64,000 nt of DNA from Patescibacteria group bacterium (GCA_024653825.1 JANLHF010000001.1:62-64061), one strand, 5' to 3'; positions 19,511-29,856 are shown, counted from the first letter of the stretch. Program-made: numbers and translations. The notes: generated by a model not told the origin, from the sequence alone.

Positions 19511-20943
19511 CTTCATTTTCTCGCCGTCCTCGTGGCTCTATTATGCTCTTGGTTCTGGTGTTTGCCGGCATCTTTTCCACGGTACTTACCGCACTTTCCG
19601 GATATGTCCTCGTCCAAAACCGCTCGGAAGACGCTGCCCGTACCAAGGTACAAGCTTTTTCGGTGGCCGAAGCGGGTCTCGAATACTATCGCTGGTATCT
19701 CGAACATTTTCCGAACGACCTCACGAACGGTACGGGTGATGCCGGACCGTATCCGGTCACTATTTCCGCGCCTGAAGGGGGCATCGCGGGGACGGCATCG
19801 CTCACCATTACGGCGAATACGTCCTGCGCACAAACAACTTCGATTGATATTTCATCTACCGGCACGTCAACTGAAGATCCTTCATTTCCGCAGACGCTTG
19901 TTGCCCGCTATGCTCGTCCTTCAGTCGCTTCGTATTCATATATCGTCCATGACAGTGTGTGGGCTGGTGCCGATCGCGTCATAAACGGTCCTTATCATTC
20001 CAACGGTGGCATCCGTATGGATGGCACATCGAATGCGCCGGTCACAAGTTCACTTTCCACGTGGATCTGCACCTCCAATTTCGGATGTTCGCACAACACG
20101 AGCGAACCGGGCGTCTTTGGTGCAGGAACCGACCAGAACCTCTGGGACTATCCGACGCCGCAAGTGAATTTTGCCGGCATTGCCGCTGACTTTTCCTCAC
20201 TCAAAACAACCGCGCAGTCAGGCGGCATATACCTCCCGCGCTACAGTTCGGGCAACAGCGGGAGCAATGCATATCACAAGGGCTACCATCTCGTCTTCAG
20301 CGAAAACGGTACGGTCACGGTCTGGCATGTCACGTCAACGACCAAATTGAATGTGACACCCGTCAACAGCAGTGACCCCTCAACCGATTACGCACTCATT
20401 AATAACGAGACGCGTGATGCAACCTACACGCTTCCGGCGAGTTGCGGACTCATCTTCATCGAGGACAACACGTGGATAGAAGGAACAATTCCCTCAAAGG
20501 TCACTGTCGTTGTCGCGAATGTAAGCGATACCGGCGTCGTCCCCGATGCCTTTCTCCACGGAACCATTACGTACGCCTCAAACGGCGGCACGAGCGGACT
20601 CACTCTCATTTCAGAACACAATATACTCATTGCTCCCGATTCGCCGCAGGATATGACCTTGGACGGAGTTTTTGTTGCACAATCAGGAGCATTCGGCCGC
20701 AATTATTATTCCTGTTCTTCGTACCCTTCATACAGTCAAAAAGGAACGCTCACCATTCTCGGCTCAACCATTTCGTATAAACGTACCGGAACGCAATGGA
20801 CCGGTTCAGCATGCGGAAAAAATTACTCCTCCGGATACGCAACGCGCATTGATTCATTTGATCGGGCTCTCGCGAATAATCCTCCTCCTTTTACGCCAAC
20901 AACCTCAACTGATTTTCGGTTTGTCGACTGGCGGCAGGAATAG
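19507..20943 (+). CDS. PilX-like pilus assembly protein
   Basis: The N-terminal hydrophobic segment RGSIMLLVLVFAGIF followed by VAEAGLEYY resembles the PilX N-terminal domain. It is coupled to the upstream pilin gene by a 4-nt overlap. Confidence 0.55.
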   Translation: MTSFSRRPRGSIMLLVLVFAGIFSTVLTALSGYVLVQNRSEDAARTKVQAFSVAEAGLEYYRWYLEHFPNDLTNGTGDAGPYPVTISAPEGGIAGTASLTITANTSCAQTTSIDISSTGTSTEDPSFPQTLVARYARPSVASYSYIVHDSVWAGADRVINGPYHSNGGIRMDGTSNAPVTSSLSTWICTSNFGCSHNTSEPGVFGAGTDQNLWDYPTPQVNFAGIAADFSSLKTTAQSGGIYLPRYSSGNSGSNAYHKGYHLVFSENGTVTVWHVTSTTKLNVTPVNSSDPSTDYALINNETRDATYTLPASCGLIFIEDNTWIEGTIPSKVTVVVANVSDTGVVPDAFLHGTITYASNGGTSGLTLISEHNILIAPDSPQDMTLDGVFVAQSGAFGRNYYSCSSYPSYSQKGTLTILGSTISYKRTGTQWTGSACGKNYSSGYATRIDSFDRALANNPPPFTPTTSTDFRFVDWRQE

Positions 20944-20977
20944 GCCGTCGACACATTCTGGCTGGTATACTATCCCT

Positions 20978-21721
20978 ATGCTCATTGTCGCGAATTGGAA
21001 GGCCTATATAGAAGACCTCGCAAAGGCGAAAAAGCTTTTTGCGCTCGGGAAACGCCTTTCAAGCGCGGCCGGTATCTCTATCGTCCTTGCGCCACCAGCA
21101 CCGTTCCTTGGTATTCTTGCCGCAAAAAATAAATCCGCGGTCACTTTTGCCGCACAAGATGTCTCGCGCACCACTGGAGGAGCGAACACCGGCGAAGTCC
21201 CGGCACAGGCGTATGCGGCAGTAGGCGCGACCTATGCGATTGTTGGCCATTCTGAACGTCGGGCAACGGGAGATACCGACGCCATCGTCGCCGAGAAGCT
21301 CGCTCATGCACTCGTAAACGGTCTCACTCCCATCCTTTGTGTCGGCGAAAGAGAGCGCGACGGAGAAGGGCGATATCTTGCTGTCATCCGCGAAGAATTG
21401 ACGGTCGCCATCGAATCGCTCACCCCGAAGGAACGCGCGAAGGTTATTATTGCCTATGAACCGCTCTGGGCGATAGGGAAGACTGCTGATGCCGCGATTG
21501 AGCCGGATGATCTCGGTGAAATGGTGCTCTACATCCGCAAGGTCCTTGCAGAGCTGCTGCCCGGGAAGAGTTCCCGCGGGGCGCTCGTGCTCTATGGTGG
21601 CTCGGCAGAACCGGATAATATCCGCGCGCTAGCAGCGAGTACGAGCGTCGACGGATTCCTCATCGGGCACGCATCGGTTGACCCTCACTCCTTTTCTCTC
21701 CTGGTAAAAAATCTTTCCTAA
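20978..21721 (+). CDS. tpiA: Triosephosphate isomerase
   Basis: MLIVANWKA ... IVGHSERR ... ILCVGE ... AYEPLWAIGTG-like motifs are present. The ORF track shows a 102-codon upstream extension; it carries no TIM-like residues and runs 3' into the preceding PilX-like gene (19507-20943). Confidence 0.9.
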   Translation: MLIVANWKAYIEDLAKAKKLFALGKRLSSAAGISIVLAPPAPFLGILAAKNKSAVTFAAQDVSRTTGGANTGEVPAQAYAAVGATYAIVGHSERRATGDTDAIVAEKLAHALVNGLTPILCVGERERDGEGRYLAVIREELTVAIESLTPKERAKVIIAYEPLWAIGKTADAAIEPDDLGEMVLYIRKVLAELLPGKSSRGALVLYGGSAEPDNIRALAASTSVDGFLIGHASVDPHSFSLLVKNLS

Positions 21722-21723
21722 CA

Positions 21724-22878
21724 ATGCGCACGGTCCGCGACATTCAACTATTCGAACACGTACCGATACTCGTGCGCGCGGCGCTCAATGTGCCGGTCGA
21801 GAACGGCCGCGTTACCAACGATTACCGACTCCGGCGCGCACTTCCGACCATTCAGTATCTGTGTGAACGAGGGGCAAGAGTTGTTCTCATCAGCCATCTC
21901 GGCGAACAGGGGACCGAAACGCTCGCGCCGGTTGCGGAGGCGCTCGGGAAACTCATCTCCGGTGTCTCATTCTGCGGAGAGACCGTTGGCGCGCGGGCGC
22001 GCGACGCGATCCGCACTCTCGCACCCGGAGGAGTCCTTGTGCTGGAAAATCTACGCCGTAATCGGGGAGAGAAAATGAACGATTCTTCATTCGCCCATGA
22101 GCTTTCTTCTCTCGGCGACGTGTTCGTGCAAGATTCTTTTGATACCTGTCATCGCTTTCATTCCTCCATCGTCGGCGTCCCCTCTCTTCTTCCCAACTAT
22201 GCCGGCCTGCTTCTTGAAGAAGAGATTGAGGAGCTCACGCGCGCGCTCGCACCCGCACATCCCGCACTCGCCGTCATCGGAGGAATGAAATTCAGCACCA
22301 AGGAACCTACGATTACCTCTTTACTCGCGGTCTATGATCAGGTCTTTGTCGGCGGAGCTCTCGCCGATGACTTCTTCAGAGCCTCGGGGCAAGAAGTGGG
22401 GAGGTCTCTCATTTCAGGGGCAGATCCGTCGCATGTTAAACGTCTGCTTACCAATAAGAAACTTGTTCTGCCGATTGATTCGGTGGTCGTCCCCGCAACC
22501 GCACTTGGCGAGAAAAATATATATGAGAAAGCGCGCGTTGCGACATTCGGACAGGTTCACCCTGATGAAACCATTCTTGATAACGGACCGGCCACCGTGG
22601 CACTTCTCGCTAATCTCGTAAAAAAAGCAAAAACAATTCTCTGGAACGGCCCCCTGGGGAATTATGAGAACGGATTCGTCGACGCGACCGATGCCCTCGC
22701 GCGTGCCATCACTGCTTCGAGCGCCCGTTCGATCGTCGGAGGGGGGGACACGGTCGCATCAATTGAAGGTCTTCGGCTGTTGCCAAAATTCTCTTTCGTC
22801 TCTACCGGAGGAGGGGCGATGTTGGAATTCCTCGCCAAAGGAACCCTGCCCGGCATCGAGGCATTAGACAATAGGTGA
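21724..22878 (+). CDS. pgk: Phosphoglycerate kinase
   Basis: 384 aa with the N-terminal RxDxNVP-like VRAALNVPV and the ISHLG motif. Confidence 0.9.
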   Translation: MRTVRDIQLFEHVPILVRAALNVPVENGRVTNDYRLRRALPTIQYLCERGARVVLISHLGEQGTETLAPVAEALGKLISGVSFCGETVGARARDAIRTLAPGGVLVLENLRRNRGEKMNDSSFAHELSSLGDVFVQDSFDTCHRFHSSIVGVPSLLPNYAGLLLEEEIEELTRALAPAHPALAVIGGMKFSTKEPTITSLLAVYDQVFVGGALADDFFRASGQEVGRSLISGADPSHVKRLLTNKKLVLPIDSVVVPATALGEKNIYEKARVATFGQVHPDETILDNGPATVALLANLVKKAKTILWNGPLGNYENGFVDATDALARAITASSARSIVGGGDTVASIEGLRLLPKFSFVSTGGGAMLEFLAKGTLPGIEALDNR

Positions 22879-22925
22879 TTTGAGTGGTAGTTTTTTTAGT
22901 GGTGAAAGGTTATTCACTATAAAAA

Positions 22926-23132
22926 GTGGAGGAACGTATGAAAGTCTGGCACTTGGGCTGTTTGATTATCGCCCTCGCAGTACTCTGGGGAGTCGGCCTG
23001 CTCCTCGGTTTCAAGAACGAATACGTCCTATCCGTGTGCGGCGTGATCGCCTTCGGCGTTATCGCCTACATGGAGGGCCACGACGCCCTGAGGGGAGAGG
23101 GAGAAAATCGAGAGGGCGAAAAAAGAGTGTAG
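22926..23132 (+). CDS. Small hydrophobic protein
   Basis: 68 aa with two TM-like segments. A terminator hairpin lies downstream. Confidence 0.4.
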   Translation: MEERMKVWHLGCLIIALAVLWGVGLLLGFKNEYVLSVCGVIAFGVIAYMEGHDALRGEGENREGEKRV

Positions 23133-23144
23133 GTGTAGGCCGCC

Positions 23145-23173
23145 CGTGCGAGCGCCGACCTTCGGGATCGGCG
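23145..23173 (+). terminator. Rho-independent terminator
   Basis: CGCCGAccttcgggaTCGGCG followed by TTTTTTATTT. Confidence 0.55.
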
Positions 23174-23181
23174 TTTTTTAT

Positions 23182-23538
23182 TTAAACGAGCCCTATCGTG
23201 TCATCAAACTTCCGCGGGATGAGGTGTATATGCACGTGTGGCACATCTTTCCCGACGATAGAGAGTTGAATATAGTCGGCCCCCATTTTTTCTTTCAGCT
23301 CACGCGCAAGTTTCCGCGCAACTTTGAATAGGTCATTCGCGATGTCATCTGGCAATTCCCAAAACCACTGATAATGCCTTGAGGGGACCACGAGTGTGTG
23401 GCCGGGGCGTACCGGCTGATAATCGGGGAGCGAGACTATTCTTTCGTCCTCGTGGTGGGCCTTCTCGCTTGGAACCTCGCCGGCAATTATTTTGCAAAAA
23501 ATACAGCCTGCACTGATGGGAGTAGAAGTGTTTTCCAT
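23182..23538 (-). CDS. HIT-family (histidine triad) hydrolase
   Basis: The C-terminus contains HVHIHLIP (the HxHxHxx triad). 118 aa. Confidence 0.85.
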   Translation of the reverse strand: MENTSTPISAGCIFCKIIAGEVPSEKAHHEDERIVSLPDYQPVRPGHTLVVPSRHYQWFWELPDDIANDLFKVARKLARELKEKMGADYIQLSIVGKDVPHVHIHLIPRKFDDTIGLV

Positions 23539-23563
23539 CGCTTAAGTATACAATAGCCATTAC

Positions 23564-25318
23564 ATGTTCCCGCTCCATGACCCACTTACTGTCGCGCTCC
23601 GCGAAGAGTTACGCGAATATGACGATCTCACCGCGGCGCTTCTTGCGCGACGCGGGATCCTGACGAAAGAAGATGCGGAAAAATTCCTAAACCCCTCCTA
23701 CGATCTGCACCTCCATGATCCATTTCTGATGACGGATATGAAAAAAGCCGCACGGCGGTTTGCTGATGCGATTATGTCCGGAGAAAAAATAGCCGTGTGG
23801 AGTGACTACGACTGCGATGGCATTCCGGGCGCCGTTTTGATACACGATTTTCTGAAAAAAGTCGGCGCGAATTTTGAAAATTATATTCCGCACCGGCACG
23901 AAGAAGGATACGGGATGAATGTGGGCGGGGTAGAGAAACTCGCGAAGAACGAGGCGAAACTAATCGTCACCGTTGATTCCGGCATTACTGATACTGAGCC
24001 CGTCGCACGTGCAAATGAATTAGGAATAGAAGTCATCGTGACTGACCATCATTTACCTCGCCTCGCCGAAGCTCAAAGCGAAGGCGGGGCGGGAATAATT
24101 CTACCGAACGCATTTGCAATCTTAAATCCGAATGCACGCACCGACGAGACGTATCCCTTCCGTTCGCTCTGCGGCTCAGGTGTCGCATGGAAGCTTGTGT
24201 GCGCGACGCTCGCGATAGAGCCGAAGCTGCGCGAGAAAGTACCAGAAGGATGGGAGAAATGGCTCCTCGACATGGTCGGCCTCGCAACTATTGCGGACAT
24301 GGTCCCACTCGTCGACGAGAATCGTTTGCTCGCAACGTATGGACTCATAGTGATGCGGAAATCACCACGCATTGGTTTACAGAAACTCTGCCGTGGGATG
24401 CGTGTGAACCAAAGAACTATTTCAGAAGACGATGTCGGCTTTATGATCGCGCCGCGAGTAAACGCGGCAAGTCGTCTCGGCGAAGCGCGCGATGCATTTA
24501 CACTCTTTACGACTACTGACGAAAGTGAGGCGGATCTGCTTGCAAAGAAACTAGAGAAATTAAATCGCGAGCGCAAGGCGCAGGCGGGCGCCATCACGCG
24601 TGCGGTGCACGCGCGACTCAAAGAGCGCGAGGTGCGCAGCATCATCGCGCTTGGCGACCCCGAGTGGCGACCAGCGCTTCTCGGTCTCGTTGCCAACACA
24701 ATTGCCGACGAATACGAGCGGCCGGTGTTTCTCTGGGGGAGGGAAGGAAATATGAGCTTGAAGGGGTCATTCCGAAGTGGCGGCGTCGCACAGATGATGG
24801 AGGTGATGCGCACAGCCGAGAATGTGTTCGCCCAGTTCGGCGGACACGCGGCCGCGGGCGGTTTCACCATCATTGATACTGAAGTATTTTTTCTTGAAGA
24901 CCGCCTAAACGAGGCGTACGCGAAACTCGCGAGCGAAAAAGTAGAAGACGACCTCTCCCAGCACGCCGATGCTGTGGTGACTCCGGAAGAGATTTCTGTT
25001 TCATTCCTGCGGAGTGTGGAGAAGCTCACTCCTTTTGGTATAATCAACCCTAAACCCGTGTTCTTGCTACGTGAAGTCTCTGTGCGAGAGATTTCACGCT
25101 TCGGGAAAGCAGAGGAGCATTTGAAATTAAAAATTGATGTGAATGGGAGGAACGGAACGATTGATGCGGTAACATTTTTTGCAAAAGGTTCGCTTGCGCG
25201 CACCGCGGAGAAACTCTCGGTCGGCGATCATGCTCATTTCCTCGCACATCTTGAACGCGACACCTTCAGCAGGGGAAATCCGGTGCGTCTAAGACTTTTA
25301 GATATTAGGGTTGTTTAA
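23564..25318 (+). CDS. recJ: Single-stranded-DNA-specific exonuclease RecJ
   Basis: DHH motifs DYDCDG and TDHH, followed by a DHHA1 region. 584 aa. Confidence 0.85.
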   Translation: MFPLHDPLTVALREELREYDDLTAALLARRGILTKEDAEKFLNPSYDLHLHDPFLMTDMKKAARRFADAIMSGEKIAVWSDYDCDGIPGAVLIHDFLKKVGANFENYIPHRHEEGYGMNVGGVEKLAKNEAKLIVTVDSGITDTEPVARANELGIEVIVTDHHLPRLAEAQSEGGAGIILPNAFAILNPNARTDETYPFRSLCGSGVAWKLVCATLAIEPKLREKVPEGWEKWLLDMVGLATIADMVPLVDENRLLATYGLIVMRKSPRIGLQKLCRGMRVNQRTISEDDVGFMIAPRVNAASRLGEARDAFTLFTTTDESEADLLAKKLEKLNRERKAQAGAITRAVHARLKEREVRSIIALGDPEWRPALLGLVANTIADEYERPVFLWGREGNMSLKGSFRSGGVAQMMEVMRTAENVFAQFGGHAAAGGFTIIDTEVFFLEDRLNEAYAKLASEKVEDDLSQHADAVVTPEEISVSFLRSVEKLTPFGIINPKPVFLLREVSVREISRFGKAEEHLKLKIDVNGRNGTIDAVTFFAKGSLARTAEKLSVGDHAHFLAHLERDTFSRGNPVRLRLLDIRVV

Positions 25319-25378
25319 TTAGAGGCTAAAGAGTAGTGTTCTCGCAGGACGGGACCAATTCCCGGAAAGGAGAGCTAC

Positions 25379-25621
25379 ATGCTGTCTGGAGCTGAACATC
25401 TCGCGTTTTGTAAGAAGCACGCGTTGCAGGTTCTCGCTGTAAACCTGATAGGTGATGCTTGGGCAACCTTCGTAATCGACCTGGATGCGCATCCCGATAC
25501 CAAAATGACGCCGTCGAAGCTGATGATGTCGATGATGGTGGTGCAGGCTCCGGAGCTGACCAAGGAGCACATGAAAAAGTTCATCGAGGGATACAACCCG
25601 CACGGCATAGGCTTGGGTTAA
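25379..25621 (+). CDS. Hypothetical protein
   Basis: 80 aa. An AAGGAGAG SD lies 8 nt upstream of the ATG. Confidence 0.45.
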   Translation: MLSGAEHLAFCKKHALQVLAVNLIGDAWATFVIDLDAHPDTKMTPSKLMMSMMVVQAPELTKEHMKKFIEGYNPHGIGLG

Positions 25622-25701
25622 GCCGCTCAACGGACACCGCGTCTGTATGAGCGGTTCTGTTTTTATAGATAGGCTCAAACGTACGGTGTATACTTCGCGC
25701 A

Positions 25702-26121
25702 ATGCAATTCACCATTCATGCTGACGGGGGCTCAAGGGGGAACCCGGGGCCGAGCGGCGCCGGCGCGATGATACGCGACCACCTAGGGAACTCGGTCGCG
25801 AGCGTCTCGCAGTTCCTCGGTACGCGCACGAACAACTACGCCGAGTATGAGGCGGTCATTCTAGCTTTTGAAGCACTCGCGAAGCTCGTCCCCTCCAAGA
25901 TGCGGGCGAAGACAGAAGTGATAGTGAAGATGGACAGCGAACTCGTGGTGAAGCAGATGAAAAAAGAGTATAAAGTGAAGCATCCGGTATTGAAAGGGCA
26001 GTATGCCCGCCTCACCCACGCCGCCGGCGCCTTCGGCACCGTCACCTTCACCCACGTCCCGCGCGCACAAAATAGTGACGCCGACGCCCTCGCGAACGAA
26101 GCGATGGATCGGGGAAGTTAA
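25702..26121 (+). CDS. rnhA: Ribonuclease HI
   Basis: HADGGSRGNPGPSG ... NNYAEY ... DSELVV is an RNase H-like catalytic DEDD arrangement. Confidence 0.82.
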   Translation: MQFTIHADGGSRGNPGPSGAGAMIRDHLGNSVASVSQFLGTRTNNYAEYEAVILAFEALAKLVPSKMRAKTEVIVKMDSELVVKQMKKEYKVKHPVLKGQYARLTHAAGAFGTVTFTHVPRAQNSDADALANEAMDRGS

Positions 26122-26122
26122 T

Positions 26123-26452
26123 ATGAAAACGCTTAAATTCGCACCGCATCTGGTGGAGAAAATTCTCTCGGGCGAAAAGACCGCCACGTGGCGATTGTTT
26201 GATGACAAAGACCTGAAGGAAGGCGATGAACTAATTTTCATCAATAAAGAAACAGGCGAGCAATTCGGCACCGCAACGATTACATCTCTCAAGGTGACGA
26301 CACTCGGCACACTCACCGACGAAGATCGAGCCGGGCACGAGAAATACACGTCAGATGATGAAATATACGCAAGCTTCCGAAAATACTACGGCGACAAAGT
26401 TGACGAGAATTCGGAAGTGAAGATTCTGACTTTTGATTTCAAAGATAAGTAG
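26123..26452 (+). CDS. ASCH domain protein
   Basis: 110 aa. MKTLKFAPHLVEKILSGEKTATWR fits the ASCH beta-barrel signature. Confidence 0.65.
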   Translation: MKTLKFAPHLVEKILSGEKTATWRLFDDKDLKEGDELIFINKETGEQFGTATITSLKVTTLGTLTDEDRAGHEKYTSDDEIYASFRKYYGDKVDENSEVKILTFDFKDK

Positions 26453-26602
26453 TTTTGGTTGGGCATGAATTTTCTCATCGCCATCGTTTCAGGATTTGCG
26501 AGTGGGGTAGGGGTACGACCGGTTTAAACATTTGACGAGACGAGTTATAAGTGCTACTCTTCATTTGGGGAATCCGCCCACAACATTATAAAGGAGTTTC
26601 TC

Positions 26603-27286
26603 GTGAGCACTGCACTTTTGAAACAGCTGTTGTACGGGAAGGACTTTTCGCTTCATGGTCCAGCCGATTTCCTCCACCTCTGCGAGGAGTGGAAGGCAGA
26701 CATCAAGCCGGAGTCTTTCGATCCGCTCATCCCTTTGACCGGAGGAATGAGCTTCCAGATCGTGAATGACAATCGATCCGGACAAGCGCTCGTATTCGGA
26801 AATGACTGGGTGAACCAATGCATCCGCGCCGGGGCAAATACGAAGAATGCGGTGATTTGTTTGGCATCGAATTTCGATGACCACATGGGTCTCGTCGCAC
26901 TTTCGCTCGAGCTCGGCATGGTCGCGCTGAAGCCGAGGACTCCCGACGGCCTCCGCATCGACGCAAATACCTTCATGGAAATCCTCAACGAGGTCTTCGT
27001 GAAGGACTACGCACACGTTCAGAGAATGTCGAGCGAATGGGGTGTCGACGGCATCAAAGAAGGCATCGAGATAGGCCCGAAACGGACCCGTTCCATCTGG
27101 CGCGATGAGCTCGGCTATGATGTTCTGATCCACCCGGTCACTCTCGAGCCGTGCAGACACGAAGACGGTTCCGCACTTAAATACAACGGCACGATTCACT
27201 CCTCGAGCGAGGACAAATGCCATTTCGCGTTTGAGCATCACACGACCGGAGAAGAAGTTCTCTCGCAAGTCTTCCTTCCTGCTTGA
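26603..27286 (+). CDS. Hypothetical protein
   Basis: 227 aa. GTG start with an AAGGAG SD. It is preferred over the antisense 235-aa ORF, which is Arg-rich and lacks an SD. Confidence 0.5.
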   Translation: MSTALLKQLLYGKDFSLHGPADFLHLCEEWKADIKPESFDPLIPLTGGMSFQIVNDNRSGQALVFGNDWVNQCIRAGANTKNAVICLASNFDDHMGLVALSLELGMVALKPRTPDGLRIDANTFMEILNEVFVKDYAHVQRMSSEWGVDGIKEGIEIGPKRTRSIWRDELGYDVLIHPVTLEPCRHEDGSALKYNGTIHSSSEDKCHFAFEHHTTGEEVLSQVFLPA

Positions 27287-27304
27287 CCTGCCTTGGTCAC
27301 ACAG

Positions 27305-27343
27305 CGCCGCCCAAACAACTTAGGGCGGCGTCTTATTTTTGAT
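27305..27343 (+). terminator. Rho-independent terminator
   Basis: CGCCGCCCaaacaacttaGGGCGGCG followed by TCTTATTTTT. Confidence 0.6.
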
Positions 27344-27354
27344 ACGATGCATTC

Positions 27355-28851
27355 ATGAGCATCCTTGTCGCAGTGGTTGCAGGGTTCGCGAGCGGGATTT
27401 CTCTCCGCTCGCTTTTTTATTTCGACTGGGAACCGGTGGTGTTTGTTTTGATGATGGCGGCGCTGATTGGCGCGTTTGCTTTTATGAAGCCGCGGCGAGC
27501 ATACACGCTCGGTGCGGTGTTTTTTATTTTTGTCGCGCTCGGGATGGGGAGGTCAGCGATCGCAGACACGCCCGCGCCGGAAGCGTTTACGCGTGACCTG
27601 AAGCATCGTGTCTCCTACGACGCCGTCGTCGTGGGAGACCCCGACATCCGCGAGAAGAGTCAGCGAATTGCTGTTGAAGTTATTTCAGGAGAAGACAAAG
27701 TGGGAATGCTCGCCGTGATGCCGCTCTCGGCGAGAGTGGCAGTGGGCGACCGCGTGCGCGTGTACGGCACACTCTCCCTCCCACAAGCATTTGAGACAGA
27801 CGGCGGACGCACCTTCCGCTACGACAAATACCTTCAGGCGCGAAATGTCCGCTTCCTCCTTCAGTTCGGGACGATATACACGCGAGAACCGGCACCGTGG
27901 TATTCCGTCCCCGCTGCGCTCGCACACATGAAGCACACATTCTTAGACGGACTCAACCGTGCGTTACCAAACCCGCCAGCGGCGCTCGCGGGCGGCATCG
28001 TGATAGGAGGGAAGCAGGGGCTCGGCACCGAGCTCCAAGACGCCTTCACACGCTCGGGACTCGTACAGATAATTGTGCTCTCCGGATACAACGTGATGAT
28101 AGTGGCCGAATGGGTGATGGCATTCCTCGCCCTTCTTCTCTTGCCACGCCGGCTCCAGTACTTCGCCGGCGGGGCGGCGCTTCTCTTGTTCGTCGGCATC
28201 GCCGGTATCTCTGCCACCGCCGTGCGCGCCGCGATCATGGCGGTCATCGCGCTCTACGCGCGCGCGACCGGCCGCTCTTATGCCGCGAGCCGTGCACTGC
28301 TCTTCACCGTCTTCTTGATGATTGTGTGGAATCCTCTCTATTTATGCTTTGACCCCGGCTTCGGACTCTCCGTCGCCGCGACCGCGGGCATCATCTGGCT
28401 CTCGCCAATCATCGAAGCGCGCCTCACTCGCTTGCGGCCCTTTTTAAAAAACGCCGTGGCGACGACGCTCGCTGCACAAATTTCAGTATTACCGCTCCTT
28501 CTCTACAACATCGGGCTCTTCTCGCTCGTCGCCCTACCAGCAAATCTTCTCGTCAATCCGCTCATGCCACTCGCGATGGCTTCGGCCGCTATCGCAGGCG
28601 TCGTCGGCATGACCATCGGACCTTTCGTCCCGATTATCGCGACCATTGTCGGCTATCCCGCCCTCATCCTCATGCGCTATCTTATTTTTATTGCAGAAAA
28701 AAGTTCCGCACTGCCGTATGCGGCGTTCACGATTGCCCGTTTCCCATTTTTACTCGTCCTCGCCGCTTACGTGGCGCTCGTCTGGGTAGTCGCTTCAAAA
28801 CGCTTCTCAACGACAGACCAATTCAAGTTCGCCAAGAAGGCGTCCACATAA
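27355..28851 (+). CDS. comEC: ComEC/Rec2 family competence (DNA internalization) channel protein
   Basis: 498 aa polytopic protein with DUF4131-like N-terminal and competence domains. Confidence 0.8.
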   Translation: MSILVAVVAGFASGISLRSLFYFDWEPVVFVLMMAALIGAFAFMKPRRAYTLGAVFFIFVALGMGRSAIADTPAPEAFTRDLKHRVSYDAVVVGDPDIREKSQRIAVEVISGEDKVGMLAVMPLSARVAVGDRVRVYGTLSLPQAFETDGGRTFRYDKYLQARNVRFLLQFGTIYTREPAPWYSVPAALAHMKHTFLDGLNRALPNPPAALAGGIVIGGKQGLGTELQDAFTRSGLVQIIVLSGYNVMIVAEWVMAFLALLLLPRRLQYFAGGAALLLFVGIAGISATAVRAAIMAVIALYARATGRSYAASRALLFTVFLMIVWNPLYLCFDPGFGLSVAATAGIIWLSPIIEARLTRLRPFLKNAVATTLAAQISVLPLLLYNIGLFSLVALPANLLVNPLMPLAMASAAIAGVVGMTIGPFVPIIATIVGYPALILMRYLIFIAEKSSALPYAAFTIARFPFLLVLAAYVALVWVVASKRFSTTDQFKFAKKAST

Positions 28852-29369
28852 TTCTTCTTCTCCGCTGGCACATAGTCCACCATAAAGGCGTGCTCCCAGA
28901 GGTCGAGCGCAAGGATGATGGGACAGCCAGCGAGCTGTCCGAGTTCGTGATCGTTTACAAAGACGGTGTGCAAAGTATTCGCATCTTTATAGACGACGGC
29001 CCAGCCAATACCTCTGCTCCCAGCAACTTCCTTTATATGCGCGATGAAGTTCTCGCCACTGCCGTACTTCTCTGCCGCCGCTTTCGCGAGCGCGCTTTCT
29101 GTGTTCATTTCGCTACTTCCTTCCTCCAGTTGCTCAAAATAGTATTCGTGCATGCGCATACCATCAAACTCAAAAGCGAAACGTCGGCGGAGTTCGGTGA
29201 TGAGATAGGCGTTTCCTTCGGCATCTGCTTCTTTGAGCGTTTTAATCTTCTCCATAATTAAATTCACGTGCTTCACGTAGCCCTCATACAATCCAAGATG
29301 CACTTTGATCTGTTTCTCCGACAATCCCGTGAGGGAAGGGAGGTTAAATGTTTTTGCTGTGTAGGTCAT
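28767..29369 (-). CDS. sodA: Fe/Mn superoxide dismutase
   Basis: C-terminal DLWEHAFMVDY and the N-terminal helical hairpin are present. The start is set at MTYTAKTFNLP. The 3' end overlaps comEC convergently. Confidence 0.85.
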   Translation of the reverse strand: MTYTAKTFNLPSLTGLSEKQIKVHLGLYEGYVKHVNLIMEKIKTLKEADAEGNAYLITELRRRFAFEFDGMRMHEYYFEQLEEGSSEMNTESALAKAAAEKYGSGENFIAHIKEVAGSRGIGWAVVYKDANTLHTVFVNDHELGQLAGCPIILALDLWEHAFMVDYVPAEKKNYVDAFLANLNWSVVEKRFEATTQTSAT

Positions 29370-29448
29370 AGCAGAATAATAGCAGAGGAGGGGACGGCCG
29401 GAAAATAAAAAACGCCGTTTCCTTTTCAGGGCGTGCGCTTTCTGTCGA

Positions 29449-29772
29449 TCAGAGCTTGCGTGAAGATATCGCAGCTCCGCGCTCACGAAATTCGGTGCCC
29501 GATATCCGGACCACCTGCACACCGGCAAGCGAACCGGCCTCAACGCCGGTATTGATGGAATAACCATCCACATCAACCAGGCGCCGCACGAGCAGGTCGA
29601 ACTTCCCGCCGAAGAGCTCCACCAACCGACGCGGACGGAGCTTTACCTCCACCTGCCACACACTCTTGATGGATTCTCCAAGGGGGTGGGCCTTGAGATC
29701 CCCAAGGAAAAAACCCCCGACTGCCTGATATCCCCTCGAATCCGTAACCGGCCTCGCGGTAACCTTCATCAT
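29449..29772 (-). CDS. Hypothetical protein (possible PRC-barrel-like)
   Basis: 107-aa ORF with weak resemblance only. Confidence 0.4.
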   Translation of the reverse strand: MMKVTARPVTDSRGYQAVGGFFLGDLKAHPLGESIKSVWQVEVKLRPRRLVELFGGKFDLLVRRLVDVDGYSINTGVEAGSLAGVQVVRISGTEFRERGAAISSRKL

Positions 29773-29856
29773 CCGTCTCCTCTCTCCATAAACAAACCTG
29801 CCTAAAAATATACAGGCGTATTAATATTTGTCAATTCTCGCCGACGCTCTTTCTTT

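Noticed and set aside
20672-20977. N-terminal 102-codon extension of tpiA
   Set aside because: It overlaps the end of the PilX-like gene, and the conserved TIM start MLIVANWKA is internal.
24073-25203. 376-aa minus-strand ORF
   Set aside because: It is antisense to recJ, a Ser/Arg-rich low-complexity translation typical of GC-rich antisense frames.
26561-27268. 235-aa minus-strand ORF
   Set aside because: It is antisense to the plus-strand 227-aa ORF, which has a proper SD. The minus frame is Arg-rich with no SD.
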